This document shows, piece after piece, positions 1-10,321 of a stretch of 32,000 nucleotides of DNA. The stretch's first letter is position 1; each line of letters opens with the position of its first letter. The DNA is from Demequinaceae bacterium (GTDB lineage Bacteria > Actinomycetota > Actinomycetes > Actinomycetales > Demequinaceae), in assembly GCA_965250005.1 (NCBI GenBank), contig OZ252279.1, positions 960,001-992,000 on the forward strand. Reading direction: 5' to 3'. A program made the position numbers and the translations under genes. The notes under the pieces are model-generated. The model had not been told where the DNA came from. It searched no databases and saw only the letters and a list, made by a program, of their open reading frames with translations.

Positions 1-45
1 GCAAGAGCGGGTGGCTTACGTGCACCGATGAGATAAGGTTGCATC

Positions 46-1245
46 ATGAACGACATAAGCCGATCCAATACTCTGGGCAAGGCGGCAGACACCGACCTGT
101 TTCAGATTCTCCGGGACGGCGCGCCCCGTACCCGAAGCGAACTCGCTGGCCTCACAGGCCTGGCGCGATCCACGGTCGCTATGCGCGTGGACTCCCTGAT
201 CAAACTTGGGCTCGTCAGTCCGGTGGGAGATGCGATCTCGACTGGAGGCCGCCCATCCAGCCAGATCGCCCTCAATTCCGCATCGCGCGTGGTGCTCGGT
301 GTGGATGTTGGTGCCTCGCACGCGCGGATTGCGATGAGCGACCTCGCCGGCAACATTCTCGACCGCCGGAGCGTCGAGATGTCCGTAGCCGAAGGCCCCG
401 AGCCCATCCTCGATTGGGTGATCGCCGCTGGCCGCGAACTCCTTGACCAACTACACGATCGCGCCGAGCACCTGCTCGCCATTGGCGTGGGACTGCCCGG
501 CCCGGTCGAGCACTCGACGGGGCTGCCAATCGACCCGCCGATCATGCCAGGGTGGGACCGCTACGACGTGCCCCGCAAACTCGGCGCCGAGTTTGACGTT
601 CCGGTGCTGGTAGACAACGACGTCAACCTCATGGCGCTGGGCGAAAGGGCAATGAACTGGCCTGACGTCGACCACTTCGTCTACGTCAAAGTAGCCACCG
701 GCATCGGCTCGGGCGTCATTTCGGGCGGGTACCTGCAACGCGGCGCCCAGGGAATCGCTGGCGACATCGGCCACGTATATGTTGCTCGCGGAAGGGACGT
801 CGCGTGCCGATGCGGCAACCGTGGCTGCCTTGAGGCAGTGTCCGCCGGGCCGGCGATCGCCAAGCAACTGCGCGAGGCCGGCCTCGACGTTGAAACCAGC
901 CAGGACATCGTCAACCTAGTGCGGGCAGGGAACACCGAAGCTATTCAGGCAGTCCGCGAGGCGGGTCGGAGCCTAGGCGAGGTCCTCACCGCTTGCGTCA
1001 GCCTCATCAACCCCGCCGTGATTGTGTTAGGCGGCTCAATGGCACAAGCCGGAGAACACCTGCTGGCAGGCGCGCGCGAGGTCGTCTACGCGCGGTCGAT
1101 GCCGCTCTCCACCGGAAACCTACAGATCGCGCAATCGCGGTCCGGCGGTGACTCCGCCCTGCTAGGCGCGAGCATGCTCGCCCTCCACCACGCGCTGTCC
1201 CCCGAGCGCGTCGATTCGTTGCTCACGGGCTTCGTCGCCCGCTAG
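46..1245 (+). CDS. ROK family transcriptional regulator / sugar kinase-like protein
   Basis: N-terminal winged-HTH-like segment (TRSELAGLTGLARSTVAMRVDSLIKLGLV), ROK domain (VLGVDVGASHARIAMSDLAG) and Zn-binding signature CRCGNRGCLEA. Confidence 0.92.
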   Translation: MNDISRSNTLGKAADTDLFQILRDGAPRTRSELAGLTGLARSTVAMRVDSLIKLGLVSPVGDAISTGGRPSSQIALNSASRVVLGVDVGASHARIAMSDLAGNILDRRSVEMSVAEGPEPILDWVIAAGRELLDQLHDRAEHLLAIGVGLPGPVEHSTGLPIDPPIMPGWDRYDVPRKLGAEFDVPVLVDNDVNLMALGERAMNWPDVDHFVYVKVATGIGSGVISGGYLQRGAQGIAGDIGHVYVARGRDVACRCGNRGCLEAVSAGPAIAKQLREAGLDVETSQDIVNLVRAGNTEAIQAVREAGRSLGEVLTACVSLINPAVIVLGGSMAQAGEHLLAGAREVVYARSMPLSTGNLQIAQSRSGGDSALLGASMLALHHALSPERVDSLLTGFVAR

Positions 1246-1271
1246 GGCTCGGCTCCACCCACCAGACACAA

Positions 1272-1317
1272 CACTGAGGCCCGCTGCGCGAATACTCGCG
1301 CGGTGCGGGCCTCAGTG
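1272..1317. terminator. Strong hairpin, putative bidirectional terminator
   Basis: Perfect 13-bp inverted repeat cactgaggcccgc (1272-1284) / gcgggcctcagtg (1305-1317), 27 nt after the ROK stop. No classic U-tract; on the minus strand it is followed by the moderately T-rich tgttgtgtctgg. Confidence 0.5.
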
Positions 1318-1321
1318 ACGC

Positions 1322-1992
1322 GGCGTCGAACGCAAGTCGACAGGCGAATTCGAGCGCCTCAGGTACTCCCACAAGGCGGTCCATGCCCACGTCCGCCCAT
1401 TCGATGGGTATGGGACCGGCATAGCCGATTTGGTTGAGCATCCGGAACGCATCCTCCCATGGCACGTCACCGTGACCCGTGGAGATGAAGTCCCAGCTGC
1501 GGTTGCCGTCGGCCCACGCGAGGTGCGACCCGAGCCAGCCGTTGCGACCGTTGTTCATGCGCTTGCGAGTGTCCTTGCAGTCCACGTGATAGATGCGGTC
1601 CTTGAAGTCCCACAAGAAACCCACGGAGTCGAGGTCCTGCCACACCATGTGGCTCGGGTCCCAGTTGAAACCGAACGCCTCACGGTGGCCGATGACTTCG
1701 AGGGCTCGGACAGTGGTCCAGTAGTCGTACGCGATCTCGCTGGGGTGAACCCCATGAGCAAATCTCACGCCGACTTCGTCGTAAACGTCGAGGATGGGGT
1801 TCCACCCGTCGGCGAAATCCTGGTACCCCGCGTCAATGACCTCTTGTGAGACCGGCGGGAACATCGCCACGTACTTCCAAATGGCCGAGCCGGTGAATCC
1901 GATCACCACGTCGACGCCCAGCTCGCAGCCGCGCGCAAGGTGACCGTGGCGCCATTCACCACGTTTGCCGACTGGGCCCGCATGAACATGCC
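1322..1992 (-). pseudogene. Remnant of a sugar phosphate isomerase/epimerase (IolE-like TIM barrel)
   Basis: The minus-strand ORF contains GVDVVIGFTGSAIWKYVAMFPPVSQEVIDAGYQDFADGWNPILDVYDEVGVRFAHGVHPSEIAYDYWTTVRALEVIGHREAFGFNWDPSHMVWQDLDSVGFLWDFKDRIYHVDCKD. Upstream translation is Arg-rich and non-homologous; the C-terminus reads through the 1272-1317 hairpin. Boundaries approximate. Confidence 0.75.
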
Positions 1993-2085
1993 CCCGGCTA
2001 GCTAGGCGACGCCGGTCGGGTGCGCGGCGCGGCAACCGAGCGCCACCACATCGTCTATTGTCCGGCTCGCGGCGAAACGGCTCGG

Positions 2086-3024
2086 CTAGGTTGCGTCGGT
2101 AACGGGAGCGGCAGTGGCGCCAGGCACCCGCCCGGCGGTGAGCACCGCCCGCCACTTCTCGTCGCCCACGCCGTCAGCCCACGCAAGATCGCCCGTGGCG
2201 AGGCCCACGTTGGCAAGGCTCTCCCCGATGACCAAAACTGAAGGGCCAGCCCCCGAAACCACAGCGGCCAGCCCCTTGTCGCGCAGTGTGCACATCATCT
2301 CGATGGACGCCATCATCTGCGGCGCCCGGTAATCCTGATGGAGCATGTCCGCGGTCGCGTCAAACAGCAGCTCGGGGCGGCCAGCGAGCGCGTGGACTAG
2401 CAGGGCCGCGCGCGACAGGTTGAACGCGGCGTGCTTGTGGGGCACTTCCGTTGGCAACGCGGCCCGGGCCTCGACCGTGGGCAGCACGCCACGCGGAATG
2501 AGCACTGCAGTCTCGATTCCGTCGGCCACGCTGAGCGCAGTCGCGTGCGCGCCGGTCTCGCCCATCCAGCAGACGGTAGCGCCGCCGTAGATGGCTGGCG
2601 CAGCGTTGTCGGGGTGTCCCTCGATGCGCGTAGCGATTCGCAGGGTCACCTCTGGCGAGAGCGCGTCCGGGTCGGCGATCATCGCGCGCGCGGCCGTTAC
2701 CGCTGCGACGATGGTCGCGGCTGAACTCCCCAGCCCGCGACTCTGTGGAATGGAGTTGTTGGCCTTGATGTGAAGCCCAGTCTGCGGGCCGTCCACCTCA
2801 TCCAAGGCCGCGCGAAACGCGCGCACGAACAGATGGGACTCGTCTGTTGGGACCTTTCCCGCGCCCTCCCCCTCGACCTCAATCTCAACTCCCTCCGACG
2901 CGATCGCGCGCACCTCGATCTGGTCAAACACGCCGAGCGCCATGCCAAGCGAGTCGAAGCCAGGGCCCAGGTTGCCCGCGCTCGCGGGGACGGTGACGCG
3001 GACGTGGTCGGCAGCCAGCCTCAT
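2086..3024 (-). CDS. thrB: Homoserine kinase
   Basis: GHMP kinase motifs: [22 protein letters not shown] and [18 protein letters not shown]. Start overlaps the thrC stop (atga). Confidence 0.93.
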   Translation of the reverse strand: MRLAADHVRVTVPASAGNLGPGFDSLGMALGVFDQIEVRAIASEGVEIEVEGEGAGKVPTDESHLFVRAFRAALDEVDGPQTGLHIKANNSIPQSRGLGSSAATIVAAVTAARAMIADPDALSPEVTLRIATRIEGHPDNAAPAIYGGATVCWMGETGAHATALSVADGIETAVLIPRGVLPTVEARAALPTEVPHKHAAFNLSRAALLVHALAGRPELLFDATADMLHQDYRAPQMMASIEMMCTLRDKGLAAVVSGAGPSVLVIGESLANVGLATGDLAWADGVGDEKWRAVLTAGRVPGATAAPVTDAT

Positions 3025-4082
3025 GCGAGCCCCAGAGCCTCGGCTGCCGCTGCGATGTCGACGGGAATGACGGTGGGATCCAGGTGGCGGCCGATCAGCG
3101 CGGTGTCGGTGTCCTTGAGCCCGTTGCCGGTCACGGTGCACGTCACGATCGAGCCCACGGGAACGTCGCCAGCATCGGATGCGGCAATGAGACCGGCGAC
3201 GGAGGCCGCGCTAGCGGGCTCCACGAACACACCAACCTCGGCGGCGATGAGCGCCTGCGCGTTCAGAATCTGCTGGTCGCTCACGGCGCGAATCCAACCG
3301 CCCGACTCGTCGCGCGCGGCGACGGCTAGGTCCCACGAGGCTGGGTTGCCGATGCGGATGGCGGTAGCGATGGTCTCGGGCTCCTTAACAGGCTCGCCCT
3401 CGACAAACGGCGCCGCGCCTTCGGCCTGCACGCCCCACATCTTGGGCGTCCGTGTGGCGGGGCCCTTAGCCGCGTACTCCTGGTAGCCCATCCAGTAAGC
3501 GCTGATGTTGCCGGCGTTGCCCACCGGCAGCACGTGAATGTCGGGAGCGTCGCCCAACTGGTCCACGATCTCGAACGCGGCCGTCTTTTGCCCTTGGAGC
3601 CGGAACGGGTTGATCGAGTTGACCATGGCGACGGGGTACGTCTCGCCTAGGGTCCGGACAATGTCGAGGCAGTCGTCAAAGTTGCCGTCGACGGCGATGA
3701 GCGTGGCGCCGTGGACAATCGCCTGGGTCATCTTGCCCGCTGCGATCTTGCCCTCGGGCAGCACAACGGCGCACGCGAGCCCGGCCGCGGCGGCATAGGC
3801 GGACGCACTGGCAGAAGTATTGCCGGTGGACGCGCACACCACGGTAGAAGCGCCCTCGGCCACGACCTTAGAGATCGCCGACGTCATGCCGCGGTCCTTG
3901 AACGATCCGGTCGGGTTGGCCCCCTCAACCTTGAGGTAAACGTCCGCGCCCGTACGCTTTGACAGCGCATCGGCGGCGACCAACGGCGTTCCGCCTTCGC
4001 CAAGCGTGACCACCGGGTCGCCGTCGGCAAAGGGCAGGAATTCTTGGTACTCGCGGACGACTCCGCGCCATGGCTGGGCCAT
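3021..4082 (-). CDS. thrC: Threonine synthase
   Basis: PLP-lysine region [19 protein letters not shown]; [17 protein letters not shown]; follows hom on the same strand. Confidence 0.94.
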   Translation of the reverse strand: MAQPWRGVVREYQEFLPFADGDPVVTLGEGGTPLVAADALSKRTGADVYLKVEGANPTGSFKDRGMTSAISKVVAEGASTVVCASTGNTSASASAYAAAAGLACAVVLPEGKIAAGKMTQAIVHGATLIAVDGNFDDCLDIVRTLGETYPVAMVNSINPFRLQGQKTAAFEIVDQLGDAPDIHVLPVGNAGNISAYWMGYQEYAAKGPATRTPKMWGVQAEGAAPFVEGEPVKEPETIATAIRIGNPASWDLAVAARDESGGWIRAVSDQQILNAQALIAAEVGVFVEPASAASVAGLIAASDAGDVPVGSIVTCTVTGNGLKDTDTALIGRHLDPTVIPVDIAAAAEALGLA

Positions 4083-5377
4083 CAGGCTCCCTCAATCCTC
4101 AGAACCGACACCACGGCGTTGACGGCATCGGCGCCGCGAATCTCTGCGACCGTGGCGTCCAGGTCTGACTCGACCGCCTCGTGCGTAGAGATAATCAGTT
4201 GAGCGTTGCCCACACCGTACGGGCTGGGCGGCTGTCGCACAGACTCGATCGAGACGTCATGACTTCCCAGGATGGTCGCGACCTGTGCGAGCACGCCCGG
4301 CTTGTCGGCGACGTCGAGCCGGATTTGATAGCGGGTACGCGTCGCGCCGATGGGCAGCACCGGCACCTCGACGTAGTTGGATTCGCTAGGACCCTTGCCG
4401 CCTATTGCGCGGTGACGCGCGGCCGAGACGATGTCCCCGAGCACCGCGGACGCCGTGGGCGCTCCCCCGGCCCCCTGGCCATAGAACATGAGCTCGCCGG
4501 CGGCCTCCGCCTCAATGAAGACGGCGTTGAACGCGCCGCGCACGCCCGCGAGCGGGTGGTCGAGGGATACCAGCGCGGGATGCACGCGCACTGCCACGCC
4601 GGCGTCGGTGCGCTCGGCGACCGCGAGCAGCTTGAGGACATGACCCGATTCGGTTGCGGCCGCGACGTCGTCTGCAGTAATCCCGGAGATTCCCTCCCGG
4701 TGCACGTCCTCGAGGCGCACGCGCATGTGGAAGGCCAGGCTCGCGAGGATCGCGGCTTTGGCGGCCGCATCGTAGCCCTCGACGTCTGCCGTGGGGTCGG
4801 CCTCTGCGTAACCCAGGCGTTGCGCCTCGGCAAGCGCGTCGGCATAAGCCAGTCCGTTCGACGTCATCTGGTCGAGCATGTAGTTCGTGGTGCCGTTGAC
4901 GATGCCGAGGATTCGCTTGACGGTGTCCCCCGCGAGGCTCTCCCGCACGGGACGGACCAGCGGGATGGCGCCCGCCACGGCTGCCTCGAAGTAGAGGTCC
5001 ACGCCGGCGGCGTCGGCCGCCTCATAGAGCTCCGGGCCAAACTCGGCGAGCAGCGCCTTGTTGGCGGTCACCACCGCCGCACCGGCCTTGATCGCATCAA
5101 GGATCAGACCGCGGGCCGGTTCGATGCCGCCCATGGTCTCCACCACGAGGTCGGCGCCCTTGATCGCGGCAGCCGCGTCATCCGTGAAGAGCTCCTTGGG
5201 CAGCTCTGCATCGCGGGGCGCTCGAGGGTTGCGCACCAGGATCGCTTGAATGTCAAGGGTCGCGCCGATGCGCTGCGCCAGATCGTCCTTCTGCTCGATC
5301 AGCAGGCGGGCAACTTGGGCGCCCACGGTCCCACACCCGAGCAGGGCGATCTTGACGGAGGGCGAGGGGCTAGACAC
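4082..5377 (-). CDS. hom: Homoserine dehydrogenase
   Basis: [61 protein letters not shown], and a C-terminal ACT-like region. Confidence 0.95.
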   Translation of the reverse strand: MSSPSPSVKIALLGCGTVGAQVARLLIEQKDDLAQRIGATLDIQAILVRNPRAPRDAELPKELFTDDAAAAIKGADLVVETMGGIEPARGLILDAIKAGAAVVTANKALLAEFGPELYEAADAAGVDLYFEAAVAGAIPLVRPVRESLAGDTVKRILGIVNGTTNYMLDQMTSNGLAYADALAEAQRLGYAEADPTADVEGYDAAAKAAILASLAFHMRVRLEDVHREGISGITADDVAAATESGHVLKLLAVAERTDAGVAVRVHPALVSLDHPLAGVRGAFNAVFIEAEAAGELMFYGQGAGGAPTASAVLGDIVSAARHRAIGGKGPSESNYVEVPVLPIGATRTRYQIRLDVADKPGVLAQVATILGSHDVSIESVRQPPSPYGVGNAQLIISTHEAVESDLDATVAEIRGADAVNAVVSVLRIEGA

Positions 5378-5603
5378 GGCACCAACTCTATCGGTTGTGG
5401 TGGGCCCAGATCATGTGTTCACGGAGGCGGTCCCTGGACCGGAGCGCGGCCGCTCCTGCAGCGCGTCTTCAGACCTCGCCGAGCACACTGAATACGACGG
5501 CAGACACCGCCGATCCCAGGCCAATCACGGTCCACTCGTCGATCGACAAACCCGCGTGGCCCTCTTTCAGCGCGCGAGAACCCGCGCAACGTGCTTCGAT
5601 CAA

Positions 5604-5650
5604 GGTACGGGTTCGGCACATTTCCCTGCAAGGTGTGCCGAACCCGCACC
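5604..5650. repeat. Long inverted repeat/hairpin in the hom-PTP intergenic region
   Basis: ggtAcgggttcggcaca (5604-5620), 13-nt loop, tgtgccgaacccgCacc (5634-5650): 17-bp arms with one mismatch, including 13 perfect bp. Confidence 0.8.
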
Positions 5651-5794
5651 TCAATCAGCCGTTCCAGTGAGCGGCGTCGCGGGCGGGCGTGGTCACGTTG
5701 ATCAAATAATTCTTGGGCCTCGTGGCGGACCCTCAACTCTGGTTCAACCCTCCCAGATGGGCCCCGCGGCCACATCGGCCCCGGTAATGAACTC

Positions 5795-5814
5795 GATCAT
5801 CCCCCCGGATGATC
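5795..5814. repeat. Short perfect inverted repeat
   Basis: gatcatcc-cccc-ggatgatc: 8-bp arms with a 4-nt loop, upstream of the phosphatase gene. Confidence 0.6.
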
Positions 5815-5932
5815 ACGCGCACAGCCGCCTCATCCGCTAAGACGCGCCCGTGCGAATGCCGCACCAACCTGCGGTTAAGTTGCCGTACGCGTAGGCTCAA
5901 GGTCAGGGAACAGGGCAACGGAGAGGCGTGAC

Positions 5933-6484
5933 ATGGCGGACGGGCCAGCCAATGTGCTGTGCGTATGCACGGGAAATGTTTGCCGCTCCCCGGCGATCGA
6001 ACTCTCCCTCAAACGCGCGTGGGGCACCGATGCCTCCGTAACCTCGGCTGGCACCTACGCGCTGACGGGCTGGGAGATTTCGGACGACATGTTCGCTGTG
6101 CTCGCCGCTGTGGGCCTCGACGGCACCGAGCATGAACCCCGCCAACTTGATGTCGCGGGCATAAACTCTGCGGACATGATCATCGTCGCCGGTGTCGACC
6201 ACCGAAACTGGATCGTTCAGCGGGTTCCGGAGGCCGCACAGAAGGTGTTCCTGCTTACCGAGATGGCGGCGCTCACCGATGTGGTGCCGCGCGCAAAGCA
6301 ACCCACGCGCCTTGAGCGCATCGCTGGTGCCGCTGCCCTCTTCGCTTCCGCGCGGTCAGCATTTGCCGACCGCAAGCATGAGGACATCCTCGATCCGTAC
6401 GACATGAGCCGAAACCACCACGAGCAGTCCATGCGCCAGATGAGCGACGCGCTGAGCCCGCTGGTGACCTGGATAGGGCAATAG
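5933..6484 (+). CDS. Low molecular weight protein tyrosine phosphatase
   Basis: Near-N-terminal CX5R signature VCTGNVCRSPAIE and a C-terminal DPYD element. Confidence 0.85.
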   Translation: MADGPANVLCVCTGNVCRSPAIELSLKRAWGTDASVTSAGTYALTGWEISDDMFAVLAAVGLDGTEHEPRQLDVAGINSADMIIVAGVDHRNWIVQRVPEAAQKVFLLTEMAALTDVVPRAKQPTRLERIAGAAALFASARSAFADRKHEDILDPYDMSRNHHEQSMRQMSDALSPLVTWIGQ

Positions 6485-6527
6485 CGCGCAATGTGACGGG
6501 TGACGCGATGAAGCCCAAACTGTCAGG

Positions 6528-6704
6528 CTACTTCGACCGCAGTGCGTCTCCGTCAAGCGAGGTGATTTCGGGGACGAACGTTTCCTCTCCAACGTCTTGT
6601 GTATGCCACGTGGCGCCATCCGCAACCGCTTTATCAGCGAGTGCCTTGAGCGCCTCCGTATTGGCGTGAATTTCGCTACTGCTCTTCTTTGCGAGGCGTG
6701 CCAT
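6528..6704 (-). CDS. Hypothetical small protein, 58 aa (absent from the supplied ORF track)
   Basis: Translation MARLAKKSSSEIHANTEALKALADKAVADGATWHTQDVGEETFVPEITSLDGDALRSK, preceded by a purine-rich ribosome-binding-like sequence (gaggaagagg, ~6-7 nt upstream of ATG). Confidence 0.6.
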   Translation of the reverse strand: MARLAKKSSSEIHANTEALKALADKAVADGATWHTQDVGEETFVPEITSLDGDALRSK

Positions 6705-6881
6705 TGTTTTGCCTCTTCCTCAACTATGTGATTCAGGCACCGGGTTAGCACCCACCACCATTTTCGCACTCGGTTGGGCGAAAATCCATGGCCTCAGAGT
6801 GAGATCGAACACCCATTACATTCGGACGGGTCGCGCCAGGATATGCGCGTTCCTTTCGTCATTGGCACTAGAACGCTCCGA

Positions 6882-8228
6882 TTACGGCGCAACATCCCAT
6901 GCGAGGAGGTCCTCAAGTGTGTCGCGGCGCACAAGTGTGTGCGCCAACCCGTCGCGGACGCCCACGACAGCCGGGCGAAGCAGCGCATTGTAGTTGTTGG
7001 CCATCGCCCGCCCGTACGCGCCGGTGGCGGCTACCGCGACCAGATCTCCACGCCTCACGTCGCCTGGTAGTTCGACGTTGCGCACTACGATATCGCCGGA
7101 CTCGCAGTGCTTTCCGACAACGCGAGAGAGCACGCTGGGGTCGTCAGAGTCGCGCGAGGCTAGCGCCGCGGAGTACTCGGCTCCGTAGGCAACCGGCCGC
7201 ATATTGTCGCTCATGCCGCCGTCCACCGCAACGTAGCGCCGCTCTCCGCCATCATCAAGGGTCACAGCTTTCGTCACGCCGACGCTATAGACAGTCAATC
7301 CTGCTGGCCCAGCAATCGCGCGCCCCGGTTCGATCGAGAACACAGGCCAAGTACCACCCACGGTCTCCATTGCCGCCGCCACGGCTGCGGCGATACCCGT
7401 AGCCGCTTGCTCAATCGGTAGCGCCTCGGTTTCGTCCGTGTAGGCAATCGCGTAACCGCCACCCAAGTCAACTTCGGGCAAACGCACCCCAGCTGCCTTC
7501 GCGAATTGGGACCGCAAGTGCAGCATGCGCTCGGCGCTCTCTTGGAACGCTTCGATCGACAAGATTTGCGAGCCGATATGTGTGTGGATGCCGAGCAGGT
7601 TGAGTGCGGGCGCGTTGTGACAGGCGTGCAGCGCCTCGAGCGCGGCGCCGGCCGCGAGCGAGAGCCCGAACTTCTGGTCTTCGTGAGCCGTAGCGATGAA
7701 CTCGTGCCCGCCGGCGTGGACACCCGTGGTTACGCGCACCATCACCGGCGCGACGGTGCCGAGCTCTGCGGCGAGCGCCGACAGCACCTCGATCTCCGTC
7801 ATCGAGTCGACGACGATCCGGCCGATTCCCAACTCAAGCGCGCGCATGAGCTCGGCGTCCGACTTGTTGTTGCCGTGCATCGCAATCCGCTCGGGTGGCA
7901 TCCCTCCGCGCAGCGCGATTTCGAGTTCCCCGCCGGAGGCGACGTCGAGGCTCAGCCCGTCCTCGGCCATCCAGGACGCCACTTGAGAGCACAGGAAAGC
8001 CTTGCCCGCGTAGAACACCTCGCAGTCCGCGCCGTGCGCTCCGAAGGCCGCGCCAAAGTACTTGCGAAACGCGACCGCCCTCGCGCGCAGGTCCTGCTCA
8101 TCAACCACGTACAACGGCGTGCCGTATTCGCTCGCCAACGCCCGGACATCGCAGCCGCCAACGGTGATCGCACCGTCAACGAGCCGGCCGGCGTTCGCGG
8201 GCCACACGGATGAGAGCTGGGAGGTCAT
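6882..8228 (-). CDS. lysA: Diaminopimelate decarboxylase
   Basis: PLP site VFYAGKAFLCSQV, LNLLGIHTHIGSQI, VDLGGGYAIAY, EPGRAIAGPAGLTVY, CESGDIV. Start placed at MTSQLSSVWPANAG. Confidence 0.94.
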   Translation of the reverse strand: MTSQLSSVWPANAGRLVDGAITVGGCDVRALASEYGTPLYVVDEQDLRARAVAFRKYFGAAFGAHGADCEVFYAGKAFLCSQVASWMAEDGLSLDVASGGELEIALRGGMPPERIAMHGNNKSDAELMRALELGIGRIVVDSMTEIEVLSALAAELGTVAPVMVRVTTGVHAGGHEFIATAHEDQKFGLSLAAGAALEALHACHNAPALNLLGIHTHIGSQILSIEAFQESAERMLHLRSQFAKAAGVRLPEVDLGGGYAIAYTDETEALPIEQAATGIAAAVAAAMETVGGTWPVFSIEPGRAIAGPAGLTVYSVGVTKAVTLDDGGERRYVAVDGGMSDNMRPVAYGAEYSAALASRDSDDPSVLSRVVGKHCESGDIVVRNVELPGDVRRGDLVAVAATGAYGRAMANNYNALLRPAVVGVRDGLAHTLVRRDTLEDLLAWDVAP

Positions 8229-8230
8229 GG

Positions 8231-9913
8231 CTACATCCTCTCTGGTGCGCTCACGCCCAACAAGTGCAATCCAGTCGCAAGTACCTGGCGCGTAGCGTCG
8301 TTCAGCCACAGGCGGGTGCGGTGTGTGTCGGTTAGCTCTTCGTCGCCCAGTGGCGTGACCCGGCAGCGGTCGTACCAGCCGTGGAATGCCGACGCGACCG
8401 CTTCGATGTAGCGGGCGATGCGGTGTTGCTCACGATACTCGACCGCCTGGGTGACGAGCCGCGGAAACTCGCCAAGCAACCCGAGCAGTGCCGTCTCTGC
8501 CTCGTGCGTAAGCGTCGATGGATCAAAGCCATCCTCGCGCGAAATGCCGTACTCAGCGGCCCGCACCGCGACATTGGTCGCGCGCGCGTGCGCGTACTGG
8601 ACATAGAAGACGGGATTCGCGTTGGTTGAGGACGACAGCGCGTCAAGGTCTACGTCCAGCGTGCTGTCGGCGCTAGAACGCGCGAGTGCGTAGCGGGCAG
8701 CATCCACGCCTACGGCGTCCACGAGGTCCTCCATCGTCACGACGTTTCCGGCGCGTTTGGACATCCGCACCGGCTTGCCGTCCTTCACGAGCGAAACGAG
8801 CTGCCCGATAATCACCTCGACGCCATCGGGGTCGTAACCGAGCGCCGCGGCAGCGGCCTTGAGGCGCGCGATGTAGCCGTGATGGTCGGCGCCGAGTAGG
8901 TAGATCGCTAGGTCTGCGCCGCGTTCGTGCTTGTCGCGGATGTACGCGATGTCTCCAGCGATGTACGCGGGCTTGCCGTCAGATTTGACGACAACGCGGT
9001 CCTTCTCATCGCCCTGATCCGTGGTGCGCAGCCACCAGGCATCGTCGGCTTCGTAGAGAGCCCCCGAGGCCTTAAGCTCGGTAAGAGCGCGCTCGACCTT
9101 GCCTGACTGGTGCAGCGAGTCCTCGTGAAAGTAGACGTCAAAGTCCACGCCAAAATCGTGCAGGGACTGCTTGATCTCCTGAAACATCAGCTCCACACCG
9201 CGTGCGCGGAACGCCTCTTGGGCTTCGGCGTGGGGAAGTGTCAGCGGGTCTGGATCGCCATCGGCTCTGGCCCCCGCGAGCACGTTGTGTGCAATGTCCT
9301 CAATGTACTGGCCGCCGTAGCCGCCCTCGGGCGCCTCCTGGCCCCTGGCGCGCGCCAGCAGCGACAGCGCGAAGCGGTCGATCTGGCCGCCGTGGTCATT
9401 GAAGTAGTACTCGCGGATCACCTTGGCGCCGTGAAACTCCAGCAGCCGCGCGATGCTGTCCCCCACTGCCGCCCAGCGCGTTCCGCCCAGGTGAATGGGC
9501 CCCGTGGGGTTGGCGCTGACAAACTCGATATTCACCGTGGTCCCGGACAGCGAGTCCCCGCGTCCGTACGCAACCCCGGCATCGACGATGCTGCGTGCGA
9601 GCTCCCCCGCGGCGCCGGCCGCGAGGCGAATGTTAATGAAGCCCGGTCCTGCCACCTCGGCAGAGTCGATTCCCTCTTGATCGGCAAGGTAGGCGACGAG
9701 AACCTCCGCGAGCGCGCGCGGATTCATCCCGACCTTCTTAGCGACCTGCATCGCGACGTTTGTCGACCAGTCGCCGTGCGCGCGGTCGCGCGGGCGCTCG
9801 ACCGTGGGGGCAACGTCGGCAGCGTTGAAGTCGTCGGCGTCGGTGAACTTGCCAGCTTCTTCGGCGGACGTGAGGCAGACGCGGATGAGGTGTGCGAGTT
9901 CTTCGGGGGTCAC
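8231..9913 (-). CDS. argS: Arginyl-tRNA synthetase
   Basis: Class I HIGH-like motif [56 protein letters not shown]. Confidence 0.96.
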   Translation of the reverse strand: MTPEELAHLIRVCLTSAEEAGKFTDADDFNAADVAPTVERPRDRAHGDWSTNVAMQVAKKVGMNPRALAEVLVAYLADQEGIDSAEVAGPGFINIRLAAGAAGELARSIVDAGVAYGRGDSLSGTTVNIEFVSANPTGPIHLGGTRWAAVGDSIARLLEFHGAKVIREYYFNDHGGQIDRFALSLLARARGQEAPEGGYGGQYIEDIAHNVLAGARADGDPDPLTLPHAEAQEAFRARGVELMFQEIKQSLHDFGVDFDVYFHEDSLHQSGKVERALTELKASGALYEADDAWWLRTTDQGDEKDRVVVKSDGKPAYIAGDIAYIRDKHERGADLAIYLLGADHHGYIARLKAAAAALGYDPDGVEVIIGQLVSLVKDGKPVRMSKRAGNVVTMEDLVDAVGVDAARYALARSSADSTLDVDLDALSSSTNANPVFYVQYAHARATNVAVRAAEYGISREDGFDPSTLTHEAETALLGLLGEFPRLVTQAVEYREQHRIARYIEAVASAFHGWYDRCRVTPLGDEELTDTHRTRLWLNDATRQVLATGLHLLGVSAPERM

Positions 9914-9922
9914 CGGGCGATT

Positions 9923-10312
9923 CTATCGGGGCGCGTCGCCAAGTTTGGCCTGTTCGCGCTTGGGAAGCGACGCACGAACCAGCATGTACGCCGTCTCGAT
10001 GAATTCCTCGGTTAGGTCCCGCGGAACATCCGAACCGTCCAGCGCCACCGAGATCCACAGCCGCTTGTTCGCGTAGTAGCCCGGCGTGACGGCCTCGTAC
10101 TGCTGGGCGAGCGCCGCGTTGTCCTCTGGGTCGCCCTTGATGGTGAGGAGCCGCGCCCCGCTGGGGTGGTAGTTCACCCGGCCAAAGTGCTTACCCAGCA
10201 CCTGAAAGGTCTCACAGGACCACTCGGGCTTGAGGACTACCGCTGCGCCGGGCAGGGCCTCGACGAACGCGCGCATCCACGGGACCACATCGGCTATCGC
10301 CTGATCAGTCAC
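9923..10312 (-). CDS. MmcQ/YjbR-like (DUF1801-type fold) small protein
   Basis: 129 aa; LPGAAVVLKPEWSCETFQVLGKHFGRVN...LLTIKGDPEDNAALAQQYEAVTPGYYANKRLWISVAL resembles MmcQ/YjbR-type proteins. Confidence 0.65.
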   Translation of the reverse strand: MTDQAIADVVPWMRAFVEALPGAAVVLKPEWSCETFQVLGKHFGRVNYHPSGARLLTIKGDPEDNAALAQQYEAVTPGYYANKRLWISVALDGSDVPRDLTEEFIETAYMLVRASLPKREQAKLGDAPR

Positions 10313-10321
10313 CCCTGCAGT

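Noticed and set aside
1430-1849. 139-aa plus-strand ORF opposite the isomerase remnant
   Set aside because: The minus frame carries the recognisable family signature; the plus frame is a shadow of it.
4181-5491. 436-aa plus-strand ORF opposite hom
   Set aside because: The sense strand encodes clear homoserine dehydrogenase; the antisense product is Arg/Gly/His-rich without motifs.
7506-8213. 235-aa plus-strand ORF inside lysA
   Set aside because: Antisense to well-supported lysA coding sequence; treated as a shadow ORF.
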